Source: Alphaproteobacteria bacterium
Lineage (GTDB): Bacteria > Pseudomonadota > Alphaproteobacteria > RF32 > CAG-239
DNA: 64,000 nucleotides
Assembly: GCA_047975765.1 (NCBI GenBank)
Contig: JBKEEF010000013.1
Location: 67,727-131,726, forward strand
Direction of reading: 5' to 3'
A program made the translations under genes and the position numbers. Positions 1 to 10,608 of this stretch are shown here, piece after piece. A model generated the notes under the pieces. The model was not told the origin of the DNA, made no database searches, and saw nothing but the letters and a program-made list of their open reading frames with translations. Position 1 is the stretch's first letter; each line of letters begins with the position of its first letter.

Positions 1-920
1 GAAATTTTGAATTTTATCAGTTTGAAAAAGAAAGGCAAAAAAACTTGGTTGAAGAAAAAATTGTCACTTTGAAAGAAACTCAAAAAAATCTTCAAAAAAC
101 ATTGATAGAAAATCAGATAAAAGCAGATAAATCTGCCAAACAAGGGAAGTCTAAAATTGCTTCAAAAAAATACAATCCACTACAAGCTGGTGCAATGAAA
201 GGGCTTTCGGTTGTTTCGAATGCAAAGAAAAAGAACAAAGCAGAAAATAAATTAGGTGAAGCAAGAGAAGAGATGAAAAGTTTGGAATTGAGTATTTTAG
301 AAGAAAATATAAAGATTCCGCTTCCAGAAAAACCCTTTATCAAAGCCAAGCTTCTTGAAATTACAAATCTATATTTTTCTTATGGAGAAAGAGAGATTTT
401 TAGACGCTTTAATCTGTTTGTTGGTGGAAAAGATAGGCTTGTTATCAAAGGCAAAAATGGGGCAGGTAAAACAACTTTGCTTAAACTCATTTTAGGGAAA
501 CTGTTACCTGCAAAAGGAGATGTTCGTTTGTATGCAAACGTTGTTTATATTAATCAAGATTTAAGCCTGCTTAATCGAGAAAAAACACTTTTGGAAAATA
601 TGGAAGAAAACAACCCTGAAATATCACTCAATGAGGCTTATAGCATTTTAGCAAATTTCAAGTTTAGAAACGAACTGGCACATAAAAAAGTTTCAGTCTT
701 AAGTGGTGGAGAGCTTTTAAAAGGGTGTCTGGCTTCTGTTTTGGGAACAAACAAGCAACCTGAACTTATTATTTTGGATGAGCCAACAAATAATTTGGAT
801 ATCAAATCTGTTCAGATACTGGAAAGTGCTTTGCAGCAATATCAAGGTGCACTGCTTGTCGTTTCTCATGATGAAAAGTTTTTAGAAAATATTCATATTA
901 GTAGAGAACTTGAGCTTTAA
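1..920 (+). CDS. ABC-F family ABC ATPase, C-terminal linker plus second nucleotide-binding domain (5' partial)
   Basis: The frame is open from the window start. Coiled K/E-rich linker, then Walker A GKNGAGKTT, signature LSGGE and Walker B LIILDEPTNNLD. No transmembrane domain. Confidence 0.7.
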   Translation, partial: NFEFYQFEKERQKNLVEEKIVTLKETQKNLQKTLIENQIKADKSAKQGKSKIASKKYNPLQAGAMKGLSVVSNAKKKNKAENKLGEAREEMKSLELSILEENIKIPLPEKPFIKAKLLEITNLYFSYGEREIFRRFNLFVGGKDRLVIKGKNGAGKTTLLKLILGKLLPAKGDVRLYANVVYINQDLSLLNREKTLLENMEENNPEISLNEAYSILANFKFRNELAHKKVSVLSGGELLKGCLASVLGTNKQPELIILDEPTNNLDIKSVQILESALQQYQGALLVVSHDEKFLENIHISRELEL

Positions 921-1007
921 AGCAATTAGCCACGAACACTTGTTGTTCTGCTAGATGCCATTCTTGGATCCATAGAAATAATATGAGGCGATTTGCGTGG
1001 TTGCTTG

Positions 1008-1913
1008 CTAACAGCATATTCTGTTATTCTTTCGGCAGTAAATTGCGCTGCAGCCATAAATGTTTTCTTCATTTCTGACATTTTGAGTTTCAAAATATCT
1101 CTTTTTGGTTTTCTTTTTTTTTGCTATTTTTTCAAGTTCAAAAAGATCATTTTTAGGGTTTTCTCTGATGAATTTATTGAAACGGGAAAAATGTTTCACA
1201 AAGTCTTCTTTTTTAGAAACTTTCATGAAATAGACATTGAGGCTTTGAGCTAAGATCTCAGAAGTTTGTTCAATAGTTTCAGGATTTTCCTTTGGAGAAA
1301 GGATGTCTGAAAATTTTTTCTTAGTTAAGATGTCTGAAAATTCAAAACCATTGAAAATTGGAAAATTAAACTCATCAGGTTTCGAGCTAATTGGTTCTTT
1401 CAATGCTGCTTTTTTGATTTGGTTATAAATGAATTGATTCAGTGTTGAAACATTTCTTTTGATAATTTCATTATCGGATTTGACATTCAAAGAGCTAATA
1501 AGTTTCCCAATAGATTCTTTTTCTTTCATGTCGTCCAAATTCCAAGTGATTTCATTCTTTGTAGAATCAGCAGTCACGAGAGGTGGTAAAACTTTCAAAA
1601 AAGATTCAGCATATGGTTGTTCAACGAGTTCTTTATCATATTTATCGTTAATTTCTCCAATTTTTTGAAGTGTTGATGTTAGAAATTTATAACTTCCTTC
1701 AACATAAATATCATCAAGATTTGACTTGGTTTTCTGGGCCTCTTCAACACGTGAATCTAATTCAAATTTGTTACCAACCTTGAAAGAAGGGATTTTAAAA
1801 TCACCCAAATTCAAACCTTCTGTATCAAGGTTTAAATCCAGAAAAACATCCTCATTTTTCTGATGAAATTGAGTGTCTTTATATGCTTTTCTATTGAGTT
1901 GTTCTGAAATCAT
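1008..1913 (-). CDS. hypothetical protein
   Basis: 301-aa ORF on the minus strand. No recognisable motifs. Confidence 0.35.
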   Translation of the reverse strand: MISEQLNRKAYKDTQFHQKNEDVFLDLNLDTEGLNLGDFKIPSFKVGNKFELDSRVEEAQKTKSNLDDIYVEGSYKFLTSTLQKIGEINDKYDKELVEQPYAESFLKVLPPLVTADSTKNEITWNLDDMKEKESIGKLISSLNVKSDNEIIKRNVSTLNQFIYNQIKKAALKEPISSKPDEFNFPIFNGFEFSDILTKKKFSDILSPKENPETIEQTSEILAQSLNVYFMKVSKKEDFVKHFSRFNKFIRENPKNDLFELEKIAKKKKTKKRYFETQNVRNEENIYGCSAIYCRKNNRICC

Positions 1914-2077
1914 TTTTCATTCTTTCACTTGGAGTCGTTTTAATAAGTTAAATATACCACAAATTTGGTTATTTTAATATTAATTTTTCTGGAAATTAGT
2001 TATATTATTGACTTGATTTTATATCGTAAAAAGTTTAGGTTTTATGTAGATTTTTATAAATATTCAAAGGAACGAAG

Positions 2078-2530
2078 ATGTTAAGAGATACAATTCAAAA
2101 TGCTTTGAAAGAAGCAATGAAAAATAAAGACACAAAAATAGTTTCTGCAACGAGATTGATTGTTGCTGGTATTAAAAATAAAGATGTTGATGCAAGAACA
2201 AAAGGTGAAAAAGAAGCAACTGAAGCAGATATTTTATCTTTGATGCAATCTATGATCAAACAAAGAAAAGAGTCTCTTAAAATTTATGAAGATGCTAATC
2301 GTCCTGAACTAGCAGCTAAAGAGCAAGATGAAATTGATGTTATTCAAACTTTCTTGCCAAAACAACTTGGTGACGCTGAAACAGAGGCTGTAATTAAGGC
2401 AATTATTCAAGAAACTTGTGCGACATCAGCGAAAGACATGGGTAAAGTTATGGCGGAACTTAAAACAAAATATTCTGGTAAGATGGATTTCTCAACAGTT
2501 TCTGGAAAAGTTAAAGCACTTCTTTCTTAA
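2078..2530 (+). CDS. GatB/YqeY domain protein
   Basis: 150 aa, YqeY-like composition, immediately upstream of dnaG. Confidence 0.7.
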   Translation: MLRDTIQNALKEAMKNKDTKIVSATRLIVAGIKNKDVDARTKGEKEATEADILSLMQSMIKQRKESLKIYEDANRPELAAKEQDEIDVIQTFLPKQLGDAETEAVIKAIIQETCATSAKDMGKVMAELKTKYSGKMDFSTVSGKVKALLS

Positions 2531-2545
2531 GAAGATTGGGTAGTT

Positions 2546-4321
2546 ATGGCAGATTTACAAAGGTTTATTGAAGAGCTTCGCAGCAAAATTTCCATTGCGG
2601 ATGTTGTTGGCGAAAAAGTCAAACTTTCCCGAAAAGGGCGAGAATATACTGGGCTATGTCCGTTTCATAATGAAAAAACACCTTCTTTTACAGTTAATGA
2701 GGCTAAAGGGTTTTATCACTGTTTTGGTTGTGGAGCACATGGAGATATTGTTAAATTTGAAATGGAGGCTAATCACCTTCCATTTATGGATGCTTTGCAA
2801 AAGCTTTCTCGTAAGGGTGGGGTGCCAATGCCTCAGTTTTCGCCTGAAAACAAAGAGGTTTCTGAAAAAAGAAAATCATACTATGATATTATGGAGTTGG
2901 CTGCTAAGTTTTTTGAAAAAAACTTGCGTCTGACAGGCGGAAAACAAGCCTTAGATTATCTTTATAATCGTGGTTTTGATGATGAAATTATCAATAAATT
3001 TAGAATGGGTTATGCGCCAAGCAACAATGGTTTGAAAGCTTTGCTTGCTTCTAAAGATGTGGCGGAAACAGATTTTATTGAACTTGGTTTGGCGGTAATT
3101 TCTGATAATGCTTCACGTCGAGTGTTCGACTTTTTTAGAGATAGAGTGATTATCCCAATTATGGATAAGCAAGGTAGAGTGATTGCTTTTGGTGGGAGAA
3201 TTATGGGTGACGGACAACCAAAGTATTTGAACTCGCCTGAAACACCTGTCTTTAATAAAAGAAAAACGCTCTATAATCTCCATAATGCACGAGATATGGG
3301 CTATGAAAAGAAACAATTGATTATCTGTGAAGGCTATATGGATGTGATTGCTTTGGACAAGTTTGGGTTTTCTAATGCAGTTGCACCGCTTGGAACCGCT
3401 TTGACAGAGGAACAAATTTTAGAAGCTTGGAAAGTTGCCCCAGAGCCAATTCTTTGCTTTGATGGAGATAGTGCTGGAGTGAGAGCAGGGATTAGATCAA
3501 TTGACAGGGCTTTACCAATCTTGAAACCAGGATATTCGCTTAAATATGCTTTTTTACCTGATAGACTTGATCCAGATGATTTTCTGAAAGCTCGTGGACA
3601 AGATGCATTTGAGAAAATTTTGACTGAAACGGAAACACTGACCAACCTTCTTTGGAAAAAGAATATGGATGATGTTGATGTTTCAACACCTGAACAAAAA
3701 GCTTTGTTTGAAAAAAATGTCAGAGAAGAAGTTGCAAAAATCAAAGATGACACGGTAAGAAACTATTATGCTCAAGAAATGAAGAAACGAATTTCTGATG
3801 CCTTTGGGGTTGTTTTGAATCGTAAAACAAGCTATAACTTCAAAAAAACAGAAAAAATCACTCGTCCAAGCATTGATGATAGAAGTTTGAATTTTGTCTT
3901 GGCTGCTATCGTATGTATGCCTAAGCTTATTGCCGTTTATGAAGAAAAAATTATGATGTTTGACATCAAGGATGAAGTGCTTAAAAAAATTATCCTAGAA
4001 GTTTTTGACGTTTATAATCACCGTTCAGATATTACGAGTGATGATTTATTATTGATTCTCAAAGATAAAGGTTTTGAAAAAAATCTTCAAGAAAATTGGG
4101 AAATTAGAATGTTGAAACAACAGCTTCCTACAGATTTGCAATTGATGGAAGATGTTGATGCAAAAATTTTGGAAGCTCAAGTAAAGTTTATTGACGGTGA
4201 AATTAGGGAATGTATGAGAATAATTCAAAATTCTGAAAGCTTTCCTGAAGAAGTCTTTGATAAGTTTGAGAGTTTAAAAAAAGAACGAGAATTGTTGTTT
4301 GTCAAAGAAGATGTTAACTGA
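2546..4321 (+). CDS. dnaG: DNA primase
   Basis: N-terminal zinc finger CPFHNEKTPSF...HCFGCGAHGD, a Toprim region (ICEGYMDVIAL...DGDSAG), and position upstream of rpoD. Confidence 0.92.
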   Translation: MADLQRFIEELRSKISIADVVGEKVKLSRKGREYTGLCPFHNEKTPSFTVNEAKGFYHCFGCGAHGDIVKFEMEANHLPFMDALQKLSRKGGVPMPQFSPENKEVSEKRKSYYDIMELAAKFFEKNLRLTGGKQALDYLYNRGFDDEIINKFRMGYAPSNNGLKALLASKDVAETDFIELGLAVISDNASRRVFDFFRDRVIIPIMDKQGRVIAFGGRIMGDGQPKYLNSPETPVFNKRKTLYNLHNARDMGYEKKQLIICEGYMDVIALDKFGFSNAVAPLGTALTEEQILEAWKVAPEPILCFDGDSAGVRAGIRSIDRALPILKPGYSLKYAFLPDRLDPDDFLKARGQDAFEKILTETETLTNLLWKKNMDDVDVSTPEQKALFEKNVREEVAKIKDDTVRNYYAQEMKKRISDAFGVVLNRKTSYNFKKTEKITRPSIDDRSLNFVLAAIVCMPKLIAVYEEKIMMFDIKDEVLKKIILEVFDVYNHRSDITSDDLLLILKDKGFEKNLQENWEIRMLKQQLPTDLQLMEDVDAKILEAQVKFIDGEIRECMRIIQNSESFPEEVFDKFESLKKERELLFVKEDVN

Positions 4322-4440
4322 TATTTAAAATTATTCGTTTAAGTTTAGGTCTAAGTATCTAAATGTTGATATTGACAAATGAAATATAAGTAACTAAATA
4401 GTCTTAGCTAGCTAAAAATATATACTTTTCAAGGAATGAC

Positions 4441-6489
4441 ATGTCAGAAATAGAAAATCAAGAATTTTATGACGCGGGCAGTAATGATGCTCCTTTAATC
4501 GATTCATTGGGTGCGAATGTCAAAAGACTCATTGAAAAAGGAAAAGTGCGTGGTTTTATCACAATTGAAGAACTAAACAAAACCTTGCCGTCTGAAAGAG
4601 AAACGTCTGAACAGATTGAAGACATTATATCTGAAATTTCAGATATGGGAATTAGTCTCATCTCCGAGTCTGATGCTGATAATTTTGAAGCAGAAGTGAC
4701 TGAAGAAGATGAAGAAGATGAAAGCGGTAACTTTGATGAAAAAGAACTAGGCCGCACAGACGACCCAGTAAGAATGTATCTGAAAGAAATGGGAACGGTT
4801 GAGCTTCTTTCTCGTGAGGGCGAAATTGCCATTGCTAAAAGAATTGAAGCTGGAAAAACAGTTATGATTGATGGACTTTGCGAAAGTCCAATGACACTTC
4901 GTGCAATCGCTTCATGGAAAAATGATTTAATTGAGGGCAAAGTTCAACTGCGTGATATCGTCGATTTAGAGATGATGTATGGTGCAGATGAAGAAGCTTT
5001 GGTGTATGACGAAGAAGAAAATTCAGTTGATGATTTAGAAAAAGTTGCAGCAGATCTTGAAAAAGAAGATAATCTTGATGAAGATGATGATATCTTGGAT
5101 AACGACATTGAATTAAGTGATGCCGATGAAGAAGATGATGAAGAAGATGAAACTGAAGTAACTGAAACTGAAGGTGAAAGCAGTGAAGATGGTGATGATG
5201 AAAATTCTGGTGCCAGAAATGTTGCTTCAATCTCTTCAATGGAAGAAGCTTTGTTCGAACCTGTTTTGGAAACTTTGAACAATATCGGCGGATATCATGA
5301 TACTTTGAAGAAAATTCAAATCCAAAGACTTGAAGCGCTTATCAAGGGAAAACCAGTTAACGCAGCAACTGAGAAAAAATATTTCCAAGTTAAAAGGGAT
5401 TTGGTAGAACTTTTGAGTTCAATTCACCTTAACTCAAACAGAATTCAACAACTTGTTGAGCAGTTGAATGATATCAATAAACGTTTGATGGGTTTTGAAG
5501 GAAAACTGCTTCGCTATGCAACATCTTGCAAAGTTAAACGTGAAGATTTCTTAGAGACATATCGTAAGTCTGAGTTGGATCCTAATTGGGTAGAAAGTCT
5601 TGCGAAGAAAAAAGATAAACATTGGAATATGTTTGTCGAAAAGCATGGAAAAGAAATTGTAGAACTCAGAGAAAGTATTGCTGAAATGGCATACGAATGT
5701 GGTCTACCAATCAGTGAATATCGCCGTATGGTTGAAACAATCAAAAAAGGTGAAAGAGAAGCTGAGCGTGCTAAAAAAGAAATGATTGAAGCAAACCTTC
5801 GTTTGGTGATTTCAATTGCTAAGAAATATACAAATCGTGGCTTGCAATTCTTAGATTTGATTCAAGAAGGTAATATCGGTTTGATGAAAGCCGTTGATAA
5901 ATTTGAATATCGTCGTGGTTATAAGTTCTCAACTTATGCAACTTGGTGGATTAGACAAGCGATTACTCGTTCAATTGCAGATCAAGCAAGAACAATTCGT
6001 ATCCCTGTCCATATGATTGAAACAATTAATAAACTTGTTAGAACTTCAAGACAAATGCTTTCAGAAATGGGCAGAGAACCAATTCCAGAAGAATTAGCAG
6101 AAAGACTTTCTATGCCTTTGGAAAAAGTTCGTAAAGTTATGAAAATTGCTAAAGAACCAGTGAGTTTGGAAGCACCAGTTGGTGATGAAGAAGATTCTTC
6201 TTTGGGAGATTTTATTGCTGATGAAAGTGCATTACAACCTCTTGATTCTGCAATCCATTCAAACTTGAAAGAAACTTGCACGAAGATTTTATCTTCTCTC
6301 ACGCCAAGAGAAGAAAGAGTGCTTCGTATGAGATTTGGTATTGGTATGAATACAGACCACACTTTGGAAGAAGTTGGACAACAATTTAGTGTGACACGTG
6401 AACGTATTCGTCAGATTGAAGCGAAGGCATTGCGTAAGCTAAAACACCCAAGCCGTTCTCGTAAACTTAGAAGTTTCTTGGATAATTAA
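4441..6489 (+). CDS. rpoD: RNA polymerase sigma-70 factor
   Basis: Region 1.1, a long acidic non-conserved insert, and regions 2-4 ([50 protein letters not shown]; [17 protein letters not shown]). Confidence 0.93.
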   Translation: MSEIENQEFYDAGSNDAPLIDSLGANVKRLIEKGKVRGFITIEELNKTLPSERETSEQIEDIISEISDMGISLISESDADNFEAEVTEEDEEDESGNFDEKELGRTDDPVRMYLKEMGTVELLSREGEIAIAKRIEAGKTVMIDGLCESPMTLRAIASWKNDLIEGKVQLRDIVDLEMMYGADEEALVYDEEENSVDDLEKVAADLEKEDNLDEDDDILDNDIELSDADEEDDEEDETEVTETEGESSEDGDDENSGARNVASISSMEEALFEPVLETLNNIGGYHDTLKKIQIQRLEALIKGKPVNAATEKKYFQVKRDLVELLSSIHLNSNRIQQLVEQLNDINKRLMGFEGKLLRYATSCKVKREDFLETYRKSELDPNWVESLAKKKDKHWNMFVEKHGKEIVELRESIAEMAYECGLPISEYRRMVETIKKGEREAERAKKEMIEANLRLVISIAKKYTNRGLQFLDLIQEGNIGLMKAVDKFEYRRGYKFSTYATWWIRQAITRSIADQARTIRIPVHMIETINKLVRTSRQMLSEMGREPIPEELAERLSMPLEKVRKVMKIAKEPVSLEAPVGDEEDSSLGDFIADESALQPLDSAIHSNLKETCTKILSSLTPREERVLRMRFGIGMNTDHTLEEVGQQFSVTRERIRQIEAKALRKLKHPSRSRKLRSFLDN

Positions 6490-6492
6490 AAT

Positions 6493-6530
6493 AAAAAAGC
6501 CTCCGAAATTCGGAGGCTTTTTTATTTTTT
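6493..6530. terminator. rho-independent terminator hairpin (bidirectional)
   Basis: AAAAAAGCCTCCGAAATTCGGAGGCTTTTTTATTTTTT lies between rpoD and the convergent gene. Confidence 0.65.
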
Positions 6531-6535
6531 ATGTT

Positions 6536-8293
6536 TTAAGGACAGCTTGAACTAGAACAAGATGTCGCTTGATACGCAGGGGTTCCTGTAGAATATGAAT
6601 TTTTACAAATTACTGTATTTCCTGAACTTGGTGCATTTCCCGTTAATGATACAGAACCTGAGAACTGAGCAGTTCCACATAGATAAACAACAGCATTTGT
6701 TGATTTCGGAGTAACAACAGAGCTTCCGTATACTTTTGCATCACCTTGTACATAAAAACCTTTTCCTCCTATCACTGCATTTCCATATACTTCAGCATTA
6801 CCTTGTACATGTGCACTCTCATAAAGTTTTGCAGAACCGTGAACTTTTGCACTTCCACTTACTTCTGCATTACCAAGAATTGTTGCATTCTCATAAACTT
6901 CTCCAAGATATGTAATTCTGCCACAAAGAACTTCTGTTGTAGAACCATAACCTGTGATACCACATCCCATTGTCGCATTTCCGTATATTTTTGGGTTGTT
7001 TGTTGAACCAGCACTTCCAGACCCCCCTAATCCAGCACCAGCATAGATTTGGGCGTTACCATATGCTTCTCCTGCAATAGATATTCTTGCTGCCCAAGAT
7101 GTAGCAGAAGCTGCTCTATCATCACTAGGGTGATGTTTGTAGCCGTGGAATATTGCATTTCCATATACTTTTCCTGCGTAGATTTTTGATCCACCATAAA
7201 TTTTCGCATCACCATATACTTCAGCTGTGTTAGCAACTATTGTTACATTTCCGTAAGAGTCATCTCCATCACCAATTGGTCCGTTTGGTCCACCATAAAC
7301 TTGTGCATTTCCGTAGACTTTTGCCTCTCCAAACACAATTGCACAGCCATAACTATCACAGCCAACCCAAGAATTACCCTCTTGAGATAAGTTGCTTTCA
7401 CTTTCTACATAACCACCTAAATCACCATACTTAACATTGCCGAAGTTTTTAACAGCTTTAATTCTTTTGAATTTTTCTTTGTAATATTCATATGTTACTG
7501 GTGCAAAGTCATTTTGCATGATGACATATTTTTTAGTAGTGCTACAGCTACAAGTAGCCTCTGTTGCATTTGCAATTGTCCAGTCGCCAGCCACCCCACC
7601 AATTTCACTTGCACAGATTGCTGTTGTTTTTGTACAGGCAGCCTTACAACTTGTATATTTAGTACCTTGAGTATCTGTACAAGACTTTGCCCCTGTATCA
7701 CCGCCATTATCACACTTCATAAAAGTAGTATTACATGAACAAGAAGCAAATTTATCTTTTCCATCATTACAAACAGTTCCAACACCAATTTGATCGCTTG
7801 AACAAACATCATATCCAGTAGGACATGAACAAGTGTCATAGAGTATTTTAAGTGAACTATTAGGACCACCATCAGGATTGTTATTACATTGGTTTCCAGT
7901 TAATTGTTTTGGAGAAGTACAAGTGAGGGAACTCCATTTATAGGTGCTTTCATTACATCCACAATTTTCATATTTTCCACCGCATTGCTCACCTGTTAAA
8001 CTTTTTCCGCCTGTACAATTTGTAGCATCATATTTAAATTTTGCATCACAAGCACACGTTTTTCCATAAGTAGGATCCGTTGGGCAAATATCTTTTAGGG
8101 CTTTTCCCTGAGCAGTGCAATCCTTGCTCGTATATTTATAACCACCAAGTTGACAAGGTTTTTGGTTGCCAACTGTTGCAGGGGTATCCTCTTTGTCAAT
8201 AAACCAAACACGCGCATACGAATTATCTATGTTGATGAATGTTAAAATAAAGAGAGAAAATATCCCTAAAATAAAAATATAGCGTTTTTTCAT
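6536..8293 (-). CDS. secreted cysteine-rich protein with C-terminal hexapeptide (YGNA-type) beta-solenoid-like repeats
   Basis: Signal peptide MKKRYIFILGIFSLFILTFINIDNSYA. The N-terminal half is rich in Cys, Thr and Gly. The C-terminal half has a 6-residue periodicity (AKVHGS AKLYES AHVQGN AEVYGN AVIGGK). Confidence 0.6.
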   Translation of the reverse strand: MKKRYIFILGIFSLFILTFINIDNSYARVWFIDKEDTPATVGNQKPCQLGGYKYTSKDCTAQGKALKDICPTDPTYGKTCACDAKFKYDATNCTGGKSLTGEQCGGKYENCGCNESTYKWSSLTCTSPKQLTGNQCNNNPDGGPNSSLKILYDTCSCPTGYDVCSSDQIGVGTVCNDGKDKFASCSCNTTFMKCDNGGDTGAKSCTDTQGTKYTSCKAACTKTTAICASEIGGVAGDWTIANATEATCSCSTTKKYVIMQNDFAPVTYEYYKEKFKRIKAVKNFGNVKYGDLGGYVESESNLSQEGNSWVGCDSYGCAIVFGEAKVYGNAQVYGGPNGPIGDGDDSYGNVTIVANTAEVYGDAKIYGGSKIYAGKVYGNAIFHGYKHHPSDDRAASATSWAARISIAGEAYGNAQIYAGAGLGGSGSAGSTNNPKIYGNATMGCGITGYGSTTEVLCGRITYLGEVYENATILGNAEVSGSAKVHGSAKLYESAHVQGNAEVYGNAVIGGKGFYVQGDAKVYGSSVVTPKSTNAVVYLCGTAQFSGSVSLTGNAPSSGNTVICKNSYSTGTPAYQATSCSSSSCP

Positions 8294-8413
8294 GATGGTA
8301 TTCCTTAGTGATTTAAGAATCTAAAAAAATAATACTCATTCAACCAATTATATAATAAATATTTTTTTACTACAATAAAAATTAAATATGAGATTATGAA
8401 GATTTTATAATCA

Positions 8414-8451
8414 TAAAAAAAAAGCCTCTGAAATTCGGAGGCTTTTTTTTA
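8414..8451. terminator. rho-independent terminator hairpin, near-identical to the one at 6493
   Basis: AAAAAAAAAGCCTCTGAAATTCGGAGGCTTTTTTTT. It shares the stem and the GAAATTC loop with the hairpin at 6493-6530. Confidence 0.6.
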
Positions 8452-8463
8452 TTCAAATTAGAC

Positions 8464-9624
8464 TTATGCAGCTTTTGTTTTTGATGCAAAAGAGTTCAAG
8501 CATTCAATGATGTAGTCTTGTTCTTCTTTTGTCAAATATGGGTGCATAGGAATGCTCAAAACGCGGCTTGCCATTTTTTCGCAAACTGGAAGTGAACGTT
8601 TGTTGTAGTGTGTGTATGCAGTTTGAGTGTGAACTGGTCTTGGATAGAAGTTAGCAAAAGGAATGCCACACTCTTTCAAGTGATCTTGAAGTTCAGCTCT
8701 GTTGTCAACCAAGATTGTGTAAATTGCATAAGCAGAAACACAGTTATCCAAAACTTTTTGTGTTTGGAAAGCAGAGCTTAAATTTGCTTCATAATATCTA
8801 CCAATTTTTTCACGGTTAGAAAGTTCTTCATCAAATACTTTCAATTTTTCAATTAAAACGGCAGCTTGGAAACTGTCCATACGAGCTGTCATGCCGAGAC
8901 GCGCATTGTCATATTTGTCTTCAGGGTTTGAACCATGAACACGGCAAGATTTGATGATTGAAAGTTCTTCATCACAGTTTGTGAAAACAGCACCACCGTC
9001 ACCATAGCAACCCAAAGGTTTTGTAGGGTAAAAACTTGTTGCAGTAATATCTGCAATGTCAGCATGTCCAACTTTTTTAGAATTATAAACTGCACCGTAG
9101 CTTTGAGCCGCATCAGACATATATTTCATGTTGTTTTCTTTAGCAATTGCATGAATTTCTGAATAGTTTGCAGGGTTTCCAAAAATATCAACAGAAATGA
9201 TTGCTTTTGGAGTAAGTTTACCTTCGCTCTTAACTTCTGCAATTGCCTTTTTGAGGTCAGCAACATCCATATTCCATGTTTCTGGATTAGAGTCAACAAA
9301 CACAGGTGTTGCACCTAAGAAAGCTACAGCTTCAGCTGTTGCAACAAAAGTGAAAGATGGAACAAACACAGCATCACCAGCTTTTACGTCCCAAGCCATC
9401 AAGCCAAGAATGAGTGCATCTGTACCAGAAGAACAAGTTGCACAATGCTTAACACCAGAATAGTTGGCAAGTTGTGTGTCGAGTTCTGCACATTCAGGAC
9501 CTTGAGCATATCCACCATGGTTCAAGATTTTTTCAAAAGCTTTCAAGAATTTTTCTTGTCCGATAACTTTTTGATTTGATGGAATGTCAAAAAGACCAAT
9601 TGGTTTTGAAGGTTTGTTTGTCAT
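8464..9624 (-). CDS. DegT/DnrJ/EryC1/StrS family PLP-dependent sugar aminotransferase
   Basis: 386 aa with family-typical N-terminal motifs and spacing (GPECAELDTQLANYSGVKHCATCSSGTDALILGL; DVFGNPANY). Confidence 0.8.
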   Translation of the reverse strand: MTNKPSKPIGLFDIPSNQKVIGQEKFLKAFEKILNHGGYAQGPECAELDTQLANYSGVKHCATCSSGTDALILGLMAWDVKAGDAVFVPSFTFVATAEAVAFLGATPVFVDSNPETWNMDVADLKKAIAEVKSEGKLTPKAIISVDIFGNPANYSEIHAIAKENNMKYMSDAAQSYGAVYNSKKVGHADIADITATSFYPTKPLGCYGDGGAVFTNCDEELSIIKSCRVHGSNPEDKYDNARLGMTARMDSFQAAVLIEKLKVFDEELSNREKIGRYYEANLSSAFQTQKVLDNCVSAYAIYTILVDNRAELQDHLKECGIPFANFYPRPVHTQTAYTHYNKRSLPVCEKMASRVLSIPMHPYLTKEEQDYIIECLNSFASKTKAA

Positions 9625-9819
9625 ATTTTTAAATCCTATATATTGATTAACACTAAAGGGATACTACTTTAAAATTGTTCAGATTGCAAAACACAAAAGA
9701 TTTATATTTGTTACAAATCAAAAAATGTTGCTAATCGACTTATTTTGTTGATTTTGTCTTGTTTACTGCTATATTTACAAAAATTGTAATGATATATAAT
9801 ACTATATAAGGATGTAGAA

Positions 9820-10587
9820 GTGACCATTTCTCTCAAAAGATTTTTAGGAACAAACACTCTTGTTTTGACCGTTTTTGGCTTTTCTTCAATGGCTTTTTCT
9901 GAAACTCAAGACAATGAAGATAAATTTGAAACATTCAATCGCGCAATGTTTGGCTTCAATATGACTGTTGATGACTATGTTTTAGAACCTGCTGCTCAAG
10001 GGTATCGTAAGGTGACAAATCAGTATGTCAGAAACAGAGTAAGCTCGGTCATTTCAAACATCAGAGAGCCAGTTTCAGCTGTGAACCATTTGTTTCAAGG
10101 TGAGTTTATAAAAGCTGGAAAAAACATTGGAAGATTTGTTTTGAACTCAACTTTGGGTTTGTTTGGTATGTATGATGTTGCTAGTGGCGGTTGGGATATG
10201 TCTCCTGCCAAGACAGGTTTTGATGAGACCCTTGCAACTTGGTGTGTGAAAGATGGTCCATATATTGTTTTGCCAATTTTTGGCGGGAACACAATGAGAT
10301 CTGCAACGGGTGAAGTTGTTGATAGCTATATGAGTCCAGTTTACATTGCAACTTATGATCAAGCAGATATTAGTGCAAAAATTGTATATCCTTATGCTGC
10401 TACTGTTGCTATTTCAAAAAGAGAAAGAAGTATGGATTTAGTCAATGATTTTAAGAAAAACTCTGTTGATTTATATGCTATGTCTCGTTCTGCTTTCTTG
10501 CAAAGTCGCAAGAATATGCCAAGATGTGGGATAGTTGAAGAAAATACTGCCCCAGATTATGATTTTGATTTTGATGAAGAAGAATAA
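9820..10587 (+). CDS. mlaA: MlaA/VacJ family outer-membrane lipoprotein
   Basis: GTG start, signal peptide, and MlaA-like core (FNRAMFGFNMTVDDYVLEPAAQGYR...LGLFGMYDVAS). Confidence 0.7.
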   Translation: MTISLKRFLGTNTLVLTVFGFSSMAFSETQDNEDKFETFNRAMFGFNMTVDDYVLEPAAQGYRKVTNQYVRNRVSSVISNIREPVSAVNHLFQGEFIKAGKNIGRFVLNSTLGLFGMYDVASGGWDMSPAKTGFDETLATWCVKDGPYIVLPIFGGNTMRSATGEVVDSYMSPVYIATYDQADISAKIVYPYAATVAISKRERSMDLVNDFKKNSVDLYAMSRSAFLQSRKNMPRCGIVEENTAPDYDFDFDEEE

Positions 10588-10608
10588 GTTTATTTAGGAG
10601 AAATAAAA

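Noticed and set aside
4660-5260. Long acidic D/E-rich insertion in rpoD
   Set aside because: This is the normal non-conserved region between sigma regions 1.1 and 1.2. It is not a separate feature.
4467-5282. Antisense ORFs inside rpoD (157, 125 and 112 aa), and ORFs of similar kind inside dnaG and the 6536-8293 gene
   Set aside because: They are encoded opposite well-supported genes. Their low-complexity S-rich or H-rich translations are typical of antisense acidic or repeat regions.
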